In this document: positions 49,167 to 61,269 of the stretch, piece by piece
How the letters are laid out: each line of letters opens with the position of its first letter
Numbering within the stretch: the first letter of the stretch is position 1
Program-made: the position numbers and the translations under genes
Notes under the pieces: generated by a model
What the model was told of the DNA's origin: nothing
The model's input: the letters and a program-made list of their open reading frames with translations, nothing else
Databases searched by the model: none
From: Candidatus Poribacteria bacterium
Lineage (GTDB): Bacteria > Poribacteria > WGA-4E > PCPOR2b
Direction: 5' to 3'
Length of the DNA: 64,000 bases
Assembly (NCBI GenBank): GCA_965208325.1
Contig: OZ242326.1
Coordinates: 2,880,001 to 2,944,000 of the forward strand

Positions 49167-50276
49167 TCAGAATTTCAACCCCAAGCTAACGCGGTGCGCG
49201 CGCTGTAGATGACCAAAATCGGCAAACGCATAATCGAGAGAAAGCATCGTAGCGGCAAAATCCATGTGCATACCCAAGCCGAGCGTAAGCCCCTCTTCAT
49301 CATCACCCCGGTCAGCGCCCAACCGGAATTTATAACCGCCGCGGAGCGCAACCACCTTTTTGTACCAATACTCCAAACCGAAATTTACCCGTTCGCTATT
49401 GTCGTTCGGATGGTTGCCGTCGAGTGCGACCGTGAGCAGGCTTTCGCTAGAATCAATCAAATCGAAGGCGATGCCGAGGCGGAAATTTGACGGCAACGGA
49501 AATTCCACGGTTTCTAATTCAGCCGTTCGCGTCGGATTCGTCGTGTCCGGATACGGGCGGTAGTCCGCGTTTCTGGGATCGCCCGCCGCTTCGGCGCCGG
49601 TTTCAAGGTCGGGACCGCTGAAGCGCATTTCAGGCCCAAAATTCGAGAATGACATTCCAATGCGCAAACTTCTCCAGCCGGTGTGGTACAAGGTGCCGAC
49701 ATCCACGGCGACCCCTCTGGCGCTCTCGCGGTGAATCTGTTGATGAATGTATTTGGCATTGATACCGAAGGAGAGGCTGACCCCGGTTTCTTTCTCGTAA
49801 AGTTGTCTGGAATACGCCGCCGATACCGCCGCATCCCACGCCGAGAACCACAACCCCGTCCCATCCGGCTTTGAGAGCGTGGTAATTTCCATATCCGGGA
49901 CGTTCAGAAATGTAACGCTTGCGCCCAAGGTGCCCACCTTGTCAATCGGCGTGGCGAACGCAAGATAGTTGTACCGCACATCCGCCAACCATATTGTGTG
50001 CGTGTCTGAAAAGCTAGTGTGTTCGAGTTGGCTTAACCCGGCAGGATTCCAGTAGATGCTTGTGACATCGTTCGCAAGCCCGCCAAACGCGCCTCCCAAA
50101 CTATCCACCCGCGCGCCGGGTCCAATTTTCAGAAACTGTGCGCCGGCAGTACCGACATTTGTGGTCGCGTTACTCGTAGCCGCCTGTAAAAACACGGCGG
50201 CAACTATAAGCATAGAAATTAACGAGGTGAATCGCCGACTGTTCATCGCTTTATTCATAAAAATAGTTTTGTGCAT
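49167..50276 (-). CDS. PorV/PorQ-family (UPF0164) outer-membrane beta-barrel
   Basis: AQFLKIGPGAR..LGGA....D..SIYWNPAGL; C-terminal HRVSLGLKF. Confidence 0.88.
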   Translation of the reverse strand: MHKTIFMNKAMNSRRFTSLISMLIVAAVFLQAATSNATTNVGTAGAQFLKIGPGARVDSLGGAFGGLANDVTSIYWNPAGLSQLEHTSFSDTHTIWLADVRYNYLAFATPIDKVGTLGASVTFLNVPDMEITTLSKPDGTGLWFSAWDAAVSAAYSRQLYEKETGVSLSFGINAKYIHQQIHRESARGVAVDVGTLYHTGWRSLRIGMSFSNFGPEMRFSGPDLETGAEAAGDPRNADYRPYPDTTNPTRTAELETVEFPLPSNFRLGIAFDLIDSSESLLTVALDGNHPNDNSERVNFGLEYWYKKVVALRGGYKFRLGADRGDDEEGLTLGLGMHMDFAATMLSLDYAFADFGHLQRAHRVSLGLKF

Positions 50277-50320
50277 GGTCTTCTCCTGCTGAAGAGCGCG
50301 CCTCAAAGGCGCATCCCCAT

Positions 50321-53300
50321 TTATCGAATAATCGCAAACCGGCTAATTCTATTACCGACGACAGCGTCGCTCTCATCGCGCGCTTCAACATGATAGATAT
50401 AGACGCCGCTGGCAAGGGCTTGATTGTAAAGGTTTAGCAGCTCAAACGTCTCCGTGCCGCCCTTATCGCCCTGCGCCAACCGATCATCCGGACTGAAGGC
50501 TGCGGTATGTTCGTGTTCAATCTCTCGCACTAACTCGCCCGCCATCGTATAAATCCGAATCGTACATCGCGGCGGGAGATGCGTGAAGAAGATTTTATCC
50601 GTCCCTTCGGCAGTCACTGCCCGGTTGGTGACGAAATAGGGGTTCGGCACAACGCGAATTCGTCCTAGATCGGCTTCGATGTTTTCCGCGGTAAGCGTCT
50701 CTTCGCCCGTCTTCAGAAGCACTACGTCACCGTCCTGCGGGGCGCTGACGCCGCCCATCTCAACCATAAACACATCGCCTGCGGAGATTTCACCGTTGGG
50801 ATCTTTGATGTACACGTAACCGCCCCGAATGTAAATTCGAAAATGATCCGGTGTAGCTTCCCGACTATAGGTATCGACCCAAATGGGACCTGCTTGAATT
50901 GCATACCCATCGGCGCGCTCCCCGTTGAAAGCAATCTCTTCGCCCGTATTCTCATCCATCACTTTGACGTGTGTATCGTCGACAAACCTAATCGAGTAGG
51001 TATGCGGACGGTAATATGTCGCCCACCAAACGTTGGTCCACGTGTTCTCTCCCACGCCGGGCGACTGAATGTCCACCGTCCAACCCGAAACAGAGCCTTC
51101 ACTCAACTCAACGTTGATAATCGAGTTTTCGGTGGGACTCCCGTACGTTACATCAACGCCCTTTATCTTTAGGATAACGCCGTCAAACATCGGGGAAAGC
51201 ACCTCCACAGCCTCGCCGTGAGGGGGGTCATACCACTCAAACGATTGCCGTTCCACCACCGTCTGGTTTGTCGCCGCGTCAATAATCTCATAACTGGGCG
51301 GCTGGTACCCGGGACCTGTAATATACGCGCCGGCATCGGTCTGTTTGGCGCCCTGCCAGACGATTCTATATTCGTGTCCCGTCACCCTGTTCGGCGCAAG
51401 TACCATCGGTTCTACCGTGACTGTCCCCGTGAGAGCCGAAGGCGTATCCACCACATCGGCAGTGGCGCCTCGATACCCGGCCGGTTGCGCACGCGGCACC
51501 ACATGAACCATCGTCTCAATCTGGCTGCTTTCCATCGCGATAAGCCCGGTTTTCGGGTTGCCCGTATCATAAGAGGTAACCGCATAGGTGTACTCAAGGC
51601 CGTTGGTCAACCCTTCGTCGGTGTAGAAATTCTTGATGCCCGCATCCTCACCAAGCGACATCGAAGGCGTAGAAACAACCCGGAAGATATCGCCCGCCAC
51701 TGGAGGACCTGAAGGTCCATCCGAAATTGATACATACAAACCGCCAAAGTAGATTTGCGCACCGGAACGGTAGGTTCCATCAGGATACGGTTCACCCGTA
51801 GCCGAGTCTTTCACCACAACATAACCCTCACCGTTCGCGGGGAATTCCGGATTATGCGCCATTACCTCCCAGAGCGTCGTATTAATTACCTCAAAGGACG
51901 TGCTAGAGTTAAATTTGATGGCGTAAACCGCACTTTTGAAAAAGTCGGAAAAAAACGGCTCATCGCCCTCGTTAGTAATGGTAGCGTCCGACTGCTTGCC
52001 GACATGCGCCACTGTGAAGAAGTTGCCGGTTGCGCTCGGTTTATCAAATTCCATTAGCATCGTCCAATCTTCCACAGGGTTGCCGGACGATGAATCGTAA
52101 GAGGTATCTCTCCGGTACACCCGATAACCCTCAAACACCTTCTCCGAATCGGTCACATCAACATATTCTTCGATACTTTTATTCACACCTTGGTCCACCC
52201 AGCGTCCATCGCTTTCCCAAATGAGTGTCACCTGTCCGTCAGCAGGGAGTGCAGTGACCAGCGGGGACGGCGGCGGCGCCGGTGCAACATACGCATCATC
52301 GTACAACTTCTGCGCCCAGTCCGAAGATGCCTGCAGCCCTTCAAGCCCCTCGCCGATTGCCACTGCCGCGATGACCGTGAATTCCTGACCGGGAGCGAAC
52401 GCCGCGATGGGGCCGTACGATTGGATAAAGCGCTGGTCGTCGTAATTCGCGGGAAGCGGTTCAACGCCGGGGATGCTGATTAAAGCGTACTTTTCCGCGT
52501 CAGTTGTTGGATCGGTGGATATCGTAATCCGTTTGTGCGCCGTAAAAGGAATCTTCGCCCCGGCATCCTGCGCGTTGTCCCCAAAATACGCATCTAATAC
52601 CCGCAAACCGATGTACCCGACCGCAGACGCATTGGAGAAGCCGTAAGAGAGAAAACGGTTCGGATGGGCTTCAGGGTTGAGCGCATCCGGCGTCTCATCC
52701 AGCGCAACAAAGTCGTCAGCCGAGTAGCTCGCCGTGCCCGTTTCGTTGCTAGAGATATCAACGTCGTACCGGAACGCCATGAATAGGTCTTCGAGCGTCT
52801 CGTTCCCAACATTTTTGACGTTATATTCCAGAATAAAAAAGTCGTAGAGCGGCGCATAACTCCACTGAAAGCCGTTGACGTCAAGCTCCAACCCGAGAAT
52901 TAATCCCTTATTCGCCTCAGCGTTCATGTCCGTGCATCTGAACCGAATCGCTTGGCTCGCCGGTGTCCCTTGCGTAGTTACACCGGGCTTATCAGAAATC
53001 ACCTCGGGTACATCATCAGTCGGCCAAATCTCACTCTGCCTGCCATCCGATTCAGAAACCCCAACTTCGCCGCCAATCTTGGCGCCGATCCAGATATTGC
53101 CCTCATAAAGGTAGGAATCGTTCGTTCCCGCAGGCCACCAACCTGACGGGTTCGCGGTCGGGTTGCTGGGGTAGCCGACGACTGCGGTGTTGTAAACAGC
53201 AGACGATAGATTGCCTACGTCAAGCGCTTTCCAATCCACGCCTGCCTTCACCGGCAGAATTGCTATGGCGAATAGCGCAGATGCCAGTAATGCAGTAGGC

Positions 53301-53338
53301 TTAAATCCACGTGTCTGCCCTGTTCCGTGGGTTTTCAT
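50321..53338 (-). CDS. Large secreted protein with fibronectin-like segments and VVPNPY T9SS-like C-terminal domain
   Basis: Signal peptide, FEGYRVYR, YTYAVTSYD, IRVVPNPY...LASGVYIYHV. Confidence 0.85.
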   Translation of the reverse strand: MKTHGTGQTRGFKPTALLASALFAIAILPVKAGVDWKALDVGNLSSAVYNTAVVGYPSNPTANPSGWWPAGTNDSYLYEGNIWIGAKIGGEVGVSESDGRQSEIWPTDDVPEVISDKPGVTTQGTPASQAIRFRCTDMNAEANKGLILGLELDVNGFQWSYAPLYDFFILEYNVKNVGNETLEDLFMAFRYDVDISSNETGTASYSADDFVALDETPDALNPEAHPNRFLSYGFSNASAVGYIGLRVLDAYFGDNAQDAGAKIPFTAHKRITISTDPTTDAEKYALISIPGVEPLPANYDDQRFIQSYGPIAAFAPGQEFTVIAAVAIGEGLEGLQASSDWAQKLYDDAYVAPAPPPSPLVTALPADGQVTLIWESDGRWVDQGVNKSIEEYVDVTDSEKVFEGYRVYRRDTSYDSSSGNPVEDWTMLMEFDKPSATGNFFTVAHVGKQSDATITNEGDEPFFSDFFKSAVYAIKFNSSTSFEVINTTLWEVMAHNPEFPANGEGYVVVKDSATGEPYPDGTYRSGAQIYFGGLYVSISDGPSGPPVAGDIFRVVSTPSMSLGEDAGIKNFYTDEGLTNGLEYTYAVTSYDTGNPKTGLIAMESSQIETMVHVVPRAQPAGYRGATADVVDTPSALTGTVTVEPMVLAPNRVTGHEYRIVWQGAKQTDAGAYITGPGYQPPSYEIIDAATNQTVVERQSFEWYDPPHGEAVEVLSPMFDGVILKIKGVDVTYGSPTENSIINVELSEGSVSGWTVDIQSPGVGENTWTNVWWATYYRPHTYSIRFVDDTHVKVMDENTGEEIAFNGERADGYAIQAGPIWVDTYSREATPDHFRIYIRGGYVYIKDPNGEISAGDVFMVEMGGVSAPQDGDVVLLKTGEETLTAENIEADLGRIRVVPNPYFVTNRAVTAEGTDKIFFTHLPPRCTIRIYTMAGELVREIEHEHTAAFSPDDRLAQGDKGGTETFELLNLYNQALASGVYIYHVEARDESDAVVGNRISRFAIIR

Positions 53339-53588
53339 TTTTCCCTCCTGAAAACGAGGTTAAATACACTCAAAATCTCTTACTCATATAGCCGAATCAA
53401 ACAATTCGCCGAAAATTCAAGGCTCTAATACAACTCATTGACCTTTTTCAGTGACAGTAATTGTTTTCAATTCAATATTGCTAACACGAAAGTGCGGGAA
53501 CTCATGATGAACTCAATCTGTTGGCGTTACTGAGAACCTCTGTCCTTGCACGACTAAAATCGGCGCCTGATTTCCTTATCACTCTATG

Positions 53589-54638
53589 TCATGCCTGTCG
53601 ATTATTCCACATTTCCGCTCGCCGCATGAATATCAGGGGATCTGCCACCCATTCTGCATAGCCGATATTCCGGTCATCTGTCAAATAGTTGAGTTTCTCG
53701 TCAATGCAACTAGCTAGCGCCGCATCTTCCACCGCCAGCGTAAATCCGCCGAGTTCTACTTCCTCGTCAAGGACGGTGACAGTGAATGTATTGTTGAAGG
53801 CTTGCACAGCATCACGGTTTCCAATCTCACCCCTGGCTATTGCATCAATTGTACCCGCCGCCAAGGCATCAAGGAGTTCCGATTCACCACCCTCATCTCC
53901 AAGATAAATGACTTGCGGCATATTTTCCAAGGGCGGATAGAGATGGCTCCGTCCTGCCAAATTCGGAGTGGCGTTGGCGGCGGTTATCATGTACATTTCG
54001 GTGCCATCCGCAACGACAGTGCCTTGCGGTGTCGTAACACGCGTACCCTCGGCGAGAACACCGTTGGCATCAACAAGTCCCGTCAGTTCCAGCAAACGTG
54101 CTTCTCCGGTCGTTGCGTAAAGCACGCCAACGCGCACATCGCGGGTCAAATCGGCATAGTCGGCCAGGCGTTCTGCATCTTCGGTGCGCACCAAAAGCGA
54201 CTGGCGAAACTTGATATGCCCTGACGTAAAATTAACGACTTTGTTGCCGTGCTCATCTCGGGTGCGAGAGTCGAGAATCGTGATGCCGCCGCCGACAATA
54301 TCGTATTCTGAATCGGCGGACTTCAGCCAGATGTCCGGCCAAACCGCGATAGGGTGGCGGACTAACGACAAGCCCGCGCCTTCCATAGCTTCAAGCGCCG
54401 TCAGCAGGTCTGCCTCATAGCCAAGATGTGTACTAAAGCCCTCGGCAGTAGGTTCTTCGTCAGCACTGTAACTCACAGGTGAAAAATAGGCGTAGAATCC
54501 AACATTGAGGACTTGGCCGCCATCTGTGCAGGCTTGCGATGGCGAAGTGGGATGGAGAATAGGCTGAAGTTGATCGCAGGCGGAAAGCCCCGCAATCGCA
54601 AACACGCAGGTGAGTATGATGATTTTCTTGGTGGTCAT
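53589..54638 (-). CDS. Family-3-like substrate-binding lipoprotein
   Basis: LSA-C lipobox, F.PVSY, GYEADLL, GITILDSR. Confidence 0.8.
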   Translation of the reverse strand: MTTKKIIILTCVFAIAGLSACDQLQPILHPTSPSQACTDGGQVLNVGFYAYFSPVSYSADEEPTAEGFSTHLGYEADLLTALEAMEGAGLSLVRHPIAVWPDIWLKSADSEYDIVGGGITILDSRTRDEHGNKVVNFTSGHIKFRQSLLVRTEDAERLADYADLTRDVRVGVLYATTGEARLLELTGLVDANGVLAEGTRVTTPQGTVVADGTEMYMITAANATPNLAGRSHLYPPLENMPQVIYLGDEGGESELLDALAAGTIDAIARGEIGNRDAVQAFNNTFTVTVLDEEVELGGFTLAVEDAALASCIDEKLNYLTDDRNIGYAEWVADPLIFMRRAEMWNNRQA

Positions 54639-54866
54639 CTCGGCAACACCCTTACCGATAAAACGTTCGTTTTCCGCCGCCCATACAATAATCCTGACGT
54701 GGTTCGCCCTTCGGGTGGCTTTTGAGATTCCCCAACTGTTCTATTGATTTCCTTATTTGTTGGTAATAGCGGTAACGGTATAATCGATATTCGGAATAAA
54801 ATACCGGCACGATTATAGCACAGGTTCCGAATTTCGTTCAAACAAATAAAACCCGCTCTTTTTTAC

Positions 54867-56792
54867 TCATGGGTAGAGGCTATAAACCTTTATACCGAGT
54901 GCGACGCCAATGAGGCTCCAAAGCCCCCAAGCGAGGAATTGGCCTAATATAAAGCCCAGAAACAGCGGCAACGCACGGCGATAGGCGCCGATTCCGCCGC
55001 CCTTAAAGACAAGCCGCTTGAGCAGCCATCCCCAAAATATTGAGAACCACATGCCGCTAATGCACCATCCGTAGGAAACAGCGAAACCCACAGGGTAAAA
55101 CGACCACCACAGAAACCGGCGTTTTAAGTACGCAAGCAAGACCGTAAAGGCGAATCCAAACCCAAATCCGCGAATCTGCCGCGTGCTCGGGTCGCGGGGA
55201 TTGGTAATCCAACTCGAAAGGAATTGGAACGGCGCGACGGCATCCCAGCCCTGCCTGTAGTGATGCTGATAGTAAAGCACGATATGCGCGCCAATGGCAA
55301 TCAACGATCCGACAATACCGGCAAAAATCATCGCCGCCACAAGCCGATTGTCCCGTATCCGCAGCGCTGAACCAATCTTGAACCCTTCGAGCTGGTGGGG
55401 CATCGGATGAGAACGGTAACCATAGGAAAGCCATTGAAGCAGTGTCGTCAGCGAAAGATTTCTTGCACCGACAACACGTGTCCCCGTAAACATGATGATA
55501 AGCCGGTCCGGCAGCGCGTCATGAAGTTCATGCGTGGGCGGCCCCAACTCTGCACGCATACGCGCCATAGCAATACACAGGAGGAAATGAATGATAAAGT
55601 AGAGCGCCGCCACCCAGTACGGCAGACCCGCAGCGTGCCAAAACGCCAGCATGAGGAGAAACCCGCCAATCCCTCCATAGATTGCGAAACGGTACAACGG
55701 CTCCTGCTTTGACGCCTCCCCGCTTTTGCTGAATAGCCCGCTAACCATCAACCAAATATGCCGCCGAGCCGTCCAGAGTGCAATAAATCCAATAGCAAGC
55801 CATGCGCCGGCGCGCTGTTCACCATGCCAACGGTCCAGAGGGCGCCAACCCATTGCAGAAAAGAAGACATGCTCTGCTTTCCAAAATAAGAAGAAAAACC
55901 AAAGCGAGAAGGAAAGCCCAAGCGGCATCAAGTAACCCACCCCCACCGCGAATAGGTAAATCTTCATCGGGAACCATGAGATAGCGCTCCACGGTTTCTC
56001 GGTCATAAACTGCGCAATCTCAATGTCCTTCAGCGGGAGCGCGGGAATCCATGGATAGAGATAGTTCAACCCGGCAAACACCTCTATTGCCAGCGCAACG
56101 GCGAAACCTATCCAAGTCAGCCGGCTAGAAAAAACGCCCGCCGTGTTGCCAATGATCTCGATGGGAAGTTGCGCAATCGGGTAGTTCAGCCGCTCATGCT
56201 CTATCCACTGTCTCCGGAGAACGATGTTGATACACAGCGTGACAAACAGGAAAATAGCCGTGAAAACCGACCACGCAACGAAAGGTTTAAGCCACGACAG
56301 CACAATGAACCGCTGCCAAAAAGGCTCAGTGCCGGGTTCATAATACCCCTGCAGCACGTTGAGGTCAGAGATAGTAAGCCAGTTCGGAAGGTAGGTGTGG
56401 AAAAGATTCGCCCAGTCGTTCTCGGGGGTCGCAAGCCAAAAACCGTTGATGGTTGTCGGCACAAGTTGGCGGGCGATGTCACGTCCCGAAAGCGCGGTAG
56501 CAATCGAAATCATGACGTAGAGCGTGGCAAGTTCGGATGCTGTCAGTGCGAAACGCGGGGCAAAGCGCTTTATGCCGTGATTGATCATCGCCAGCATAAA
56601 CACCGTGAAAAGCACCGTTGGAAAGAATGAGAAGACCGTGACTTCCCCAACAGCACGGTGCTCTGCCGCGACAATCCAGAAAACATTAAAAAATATCAGA
56701 GGAGCCCCAAATCCGAGCACCCTGACAATAAAGCGGATTGTGCTAGTGGTGTCGGCGGCACCCGGGCTCTTCGCTTGAGACGCTGAATACAT
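54867..56792 (-). CDS. Polytopic membrane protein (DUF6785/DUF6784-like putative transporter)
   Basis: Many TM segments; RQWIEHERLNYPI, RMRAELG, PLFLGFILG. Confidence 0.8.
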   Translation of the reverse strand: MYSASQAKSPGAADTTSTIRFIVRVLGFGAPLIFFNVFWIVAAEHRAVGEVTVFSFFPTVLFTVFMLAMINHGIKRFAPRFALTASELATLYVMISIATALSGRDIARQLVPTTINGFWLATPENDWANLFHTYLPNWLTISDLNVLQGYYEPGTEPFWQRFIVLSWLKPFVAWSVFTAIFLFVTLCINIVLRRQWIEHERLNYPIAQLPIEIIGNTAGVFSSRLTWIGFAVALAIEVFAGLNYLYPWIPALPLKDIEIAQFMTEKPWSAISWFPMKIYLFAVGVGYLMPLGLSFSLWFFFLFWKAEHVFFSAMGWRPLDRWHGEQRAGAWLAIGFIALWTARRHIWLMVSGLFSKSGEASKQEPLYRFAIYGGIGGFLLMLAFWHAAGLPYWVAALYFIIHFLLCIAMARMRAELGPPTHELHDALPDRLIIMFTGTRVVGARNLSLTTLLQWLSYGYRSHPMPHQLEGFKIGSALRIRDNRLVAAMIFAGIVGSLIAIGAHIVLYYQHHYRQGWDAVAPFQFLSSWITNPRDPSTRQIRGFGFGFAFTVLLAYLKRRFLWWSFYPVGFAVSYGWCISGMWFSIFWGWLLKRLVFKGGGIGAYRRALPLFLGFILGQFLAWGLWSLIGVALGIKVYSLYP

Positions 56793-56868
56793 CCTAAACC
56801 ATTTCGTCAGAAGATAAAATCGTGAGATTTATGGGCATGAAATACGTACATACAAAGTCTGCGTCACC

Positions 56869-57075
56869 TTAACCGCCTTGAACGGCATGCACAATCTCAA
56901 CCTCGCTGCCCGCACGGACTACCGTCTCCTGCCACTGTTTTTTGGAAATTAACTCCTGATTCATGGCAACGGCAATCCCGGGTTGGACCGGATCAATTTG
57001 CAGGTCTAAAAGGAGTTGATAGAGCGATAACCCTTGCTCAACCGTCTTGACTTCGCCGTTCACACGTATATCCAT
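56869..57075 (-). CDS. thiS: Thiamine biosynthesis sulfur carrier
   Basis: IRVNGE...AVAMN...VQGG C-terminus. Confidence 0.95.
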   Translation of the reverse strand: MDIRVNGEVKTVEQGLSLYQLLLDLQIDPVQPGIAVAMNQELISKKQWQETVVRAGSEVEIVHAVQGG

Positions 57076-57123
57076 CGGCTCTTCCCATCGGACATAATAA
57101 TCGCCAGCACAAAAATCACCGCG

Positions 57124-58302
57124 CTAATGTGTAAACCGTGACAACTGAAACGGTGAGATGATTTCCGAGGTTTTGCCCGTCAAAACGAGCGATGCAATCT
57201 CGCAGGCGGTCACGGGCGCAAGAAGGATACCGTGACGATAGTGTCCAGTTGCCATGACCAAATCCTCAATAGCCGTTGGGCCAAGGATTGGGGCGTTGTC
57301 ACGGCTTCCCGGACGCAGTCCGGTCCAAGTTTCTACAATTGGGAGGTCGTAAACGCCGGGAACCGCTTCCCATGCGCCCCGAAGCAGCTCGAATATACCG
57401 CCGGCGGTCAGTCGGGTATCGAACCCCATCTCTTCGCTCGTCGCTCCGATGACCAGACGCCCACCATTCTTGGGTACGAGATAGACATCTGTCGGATGCG
57501 TCGCGCGGGTTGTGCGAATCACCTTTTGGAGATTTAACCCCGACTCCATCTGCAGCGCCAAAATTTGACCCTTGACCGGGCGCAACGGAGGTTTCACATT
57601 TCGCGGCAACCCCTCAATCTCGCTAGACCAGCATCCGGCGGCAAGTACAATGACATCACAATCTTCCAGAACCCCATTGACCCACACCCCGTACGCCTTT
57701 TCACCTCGAATTTCAATTTTCTCGACGGGCGCGTTTTCGTACAGGTCTCCCCCGGCGTTTCCATACGCTGCAATCAGGGCGCGGACCATCAAACGGTTAT
57801 CAACCTGATGGTCGTTTGGGCTGGATATTGCCGCCGTGATTTTCGGGGAAAGCAACGGCTCTATCTCTCTCGCCTCGGCGCCGGTGAGCCATTCACACGG
57901 TAGGTTCAAAAATTGTTGCGATTCGTACAGATGCTCCAGTTCACGGGCATCATCCGGGTCTACGCCGACAATTAACGTCCCCTCCGTCCGGTAGCCGAGG
58001 GGCATCCCGCTGTCCGCCTCCAGTGCCGCCGTCCACTCCGGATACATCTCAAGGCTGAGACTGCCCAATCGTAAGAGCGCCTTCTCCTCAAGGTGAACTT
58101 CGGCGAGCGGCGCCAACATCCCCGCAGCCGCCCACGATGCCGAACGTCCCGCGCAGTCCCGCTCATAAATGGATACAGCGCAGCCCGCCTTGGCTAACTT
58201 CCAGCCGATGCTCAACCCAATCACCCCGCCGCCGATGATAATCACTCGCCGATTTGGATGTGGGTTGCGGCTATGCATCCTTCTCCTCTGTGAACGAAAC
58301 AT
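57124..58302 (-). CDS. thiO: Glycine oxidase
   Basis: GGGVIG, ASWAAAGML, GLRP, GHYRHGILLAP; thi operon context. Confidence 0.93.
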   Translation of the reverse strand: MFRSQRRRMHSRNPHPNRRVIIIGGGVIGLSIGWKLAKAGCAVSIYERDCAGRSASWAAAGMLAPLAEVHLEEKALLRLGSLSLEMYPEWTAALEADSGMPLGYRTEGTLIVGVDPDDARELEHLYESQQFLNLPCEWLTGAEAREIEPLLSPKITAAISSPNDHQVDNRLMVRALIAAYGNAGGDLYENAPVEKIEIRGEKAYGVWVNGVLEDCDVIVLAAGCWSSEIEGLPRNVKPPLRPVKGQILALQMESGLNLQKVIRTTRATHPTDVYLVPKNGGRLVIGATSEEMGFDTRLTAGGIFELLRGAWEAVPGVYDLPIVETWTGLRPGSRDNAPILGPTAIEDLVMATGHYRHGILLAPVTACEIASLVLTGKTSEIISPFQLSRFTH

Positions 58303-58448
58303 ATATTAATATACGCAAACCTAATGCCTCTGACGGGATTTTCGATCTTAAAATCGAAGATGGGGATTATTCTGGTTCGATTATTCTGGTTCATAGAAAC
58401 GCCAATCGCGCCCATTAGCGTTGCACACATTCCACTTGGCTCGACAAA

Positions 58449-60377
<1,929 letters not shown>

Positions 60378-60502
60378 CTATTCCTCCTGATAGATTTTAC
60401 TTTTGGCTATAGTAGCAGGCATACTCCGTATGCCGTAACCCTCGTCTCGACACCGGCATCACCATTCAATGCAATATGTGCAAGTTACACGGTACAACAA
60501 GC

Positions 60503-60538
60503 AAAAAAAAACCGCTTTCCAGCATAAGGAAAACGGCG
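60503..60538 (-). terminator. Intrinsic terminator of the TPP riboswitch expression platform
   Basis: CCGTTTTCC-loop-GGAAAGCGG followed by a T-run; the 5' arm is complementary to the aptamer 3' end. Confidence 0.75.
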
Positions 60539-60611
60539 TCCTAATCGAAAATGCCGCCGCCGCATAACAACGGCGATTTTCCGACCTGAATCGATAATTG
60601 TGGGTTAACTC

Positions 60612-60706
60612 GTGTTTTCCTACGCTGGGATTACCCAGGTCAGGTTCAAAGGGTTTGTTCTCAGCCCTCGCCGACCCTTTAAAATAGAGAGAGCACCCCT
60701 AACAAC
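60612..60706 (-). promoter_or_regulatory. TPP riboswitch
   Basis: AGGGGTGC...GCTGAGA..ACCCTTTGAACCTGA.CTGGGTAAT.CCAGCGTAGGAA upstream of thiC. Confidence 0.95.
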
Positions 60707-61269
60707 CTATACTGCGAGCTATATTACAACATCTACGCAAAAAAGTCAAGAAAAAGATGGTTCCCGTAGGTTGGGTAGAGCGGACTACTCCAATAATGCC
60801 CCTTCACCCATTAACCATTCCAAATCTGGTATGAAGCCTGGCGGAAAAATGCGCGCAGCGAAACCCAACTCATTTGAAACCTCCCGCACTCCAACTGATT
60901 ACCTGCCCCCCAATCATAGCCCATCATTTTATCACACGAACCACAGTTCAGACAAAAACTGTAAAGTTTCACAGTAACGCTATCCAAGGCTGTCCGGTTA
61001 TTGGAAACAATTCGGACTGAAATCCAGTCCCTGACTACATTTCACGCTTCCAAAATCTCGTTCTCATCTCCGGTTCAGTTTCAATTTACTGTGAAAACTG
61101 TGAAATTTACATTTGCTTCCCTTGAAGTAGTAGGCGTACTCCGTATGCCGCAACCCTCGCCCCAATACCGCCATCCGCCTTTAAAGCAATAGGCAGAAAA
61201 TCATTGACAATCGCGTCCACGCTAGATAAAGTATATCTGATATTGTTCCCATAATCTCCACCCCTAAGG

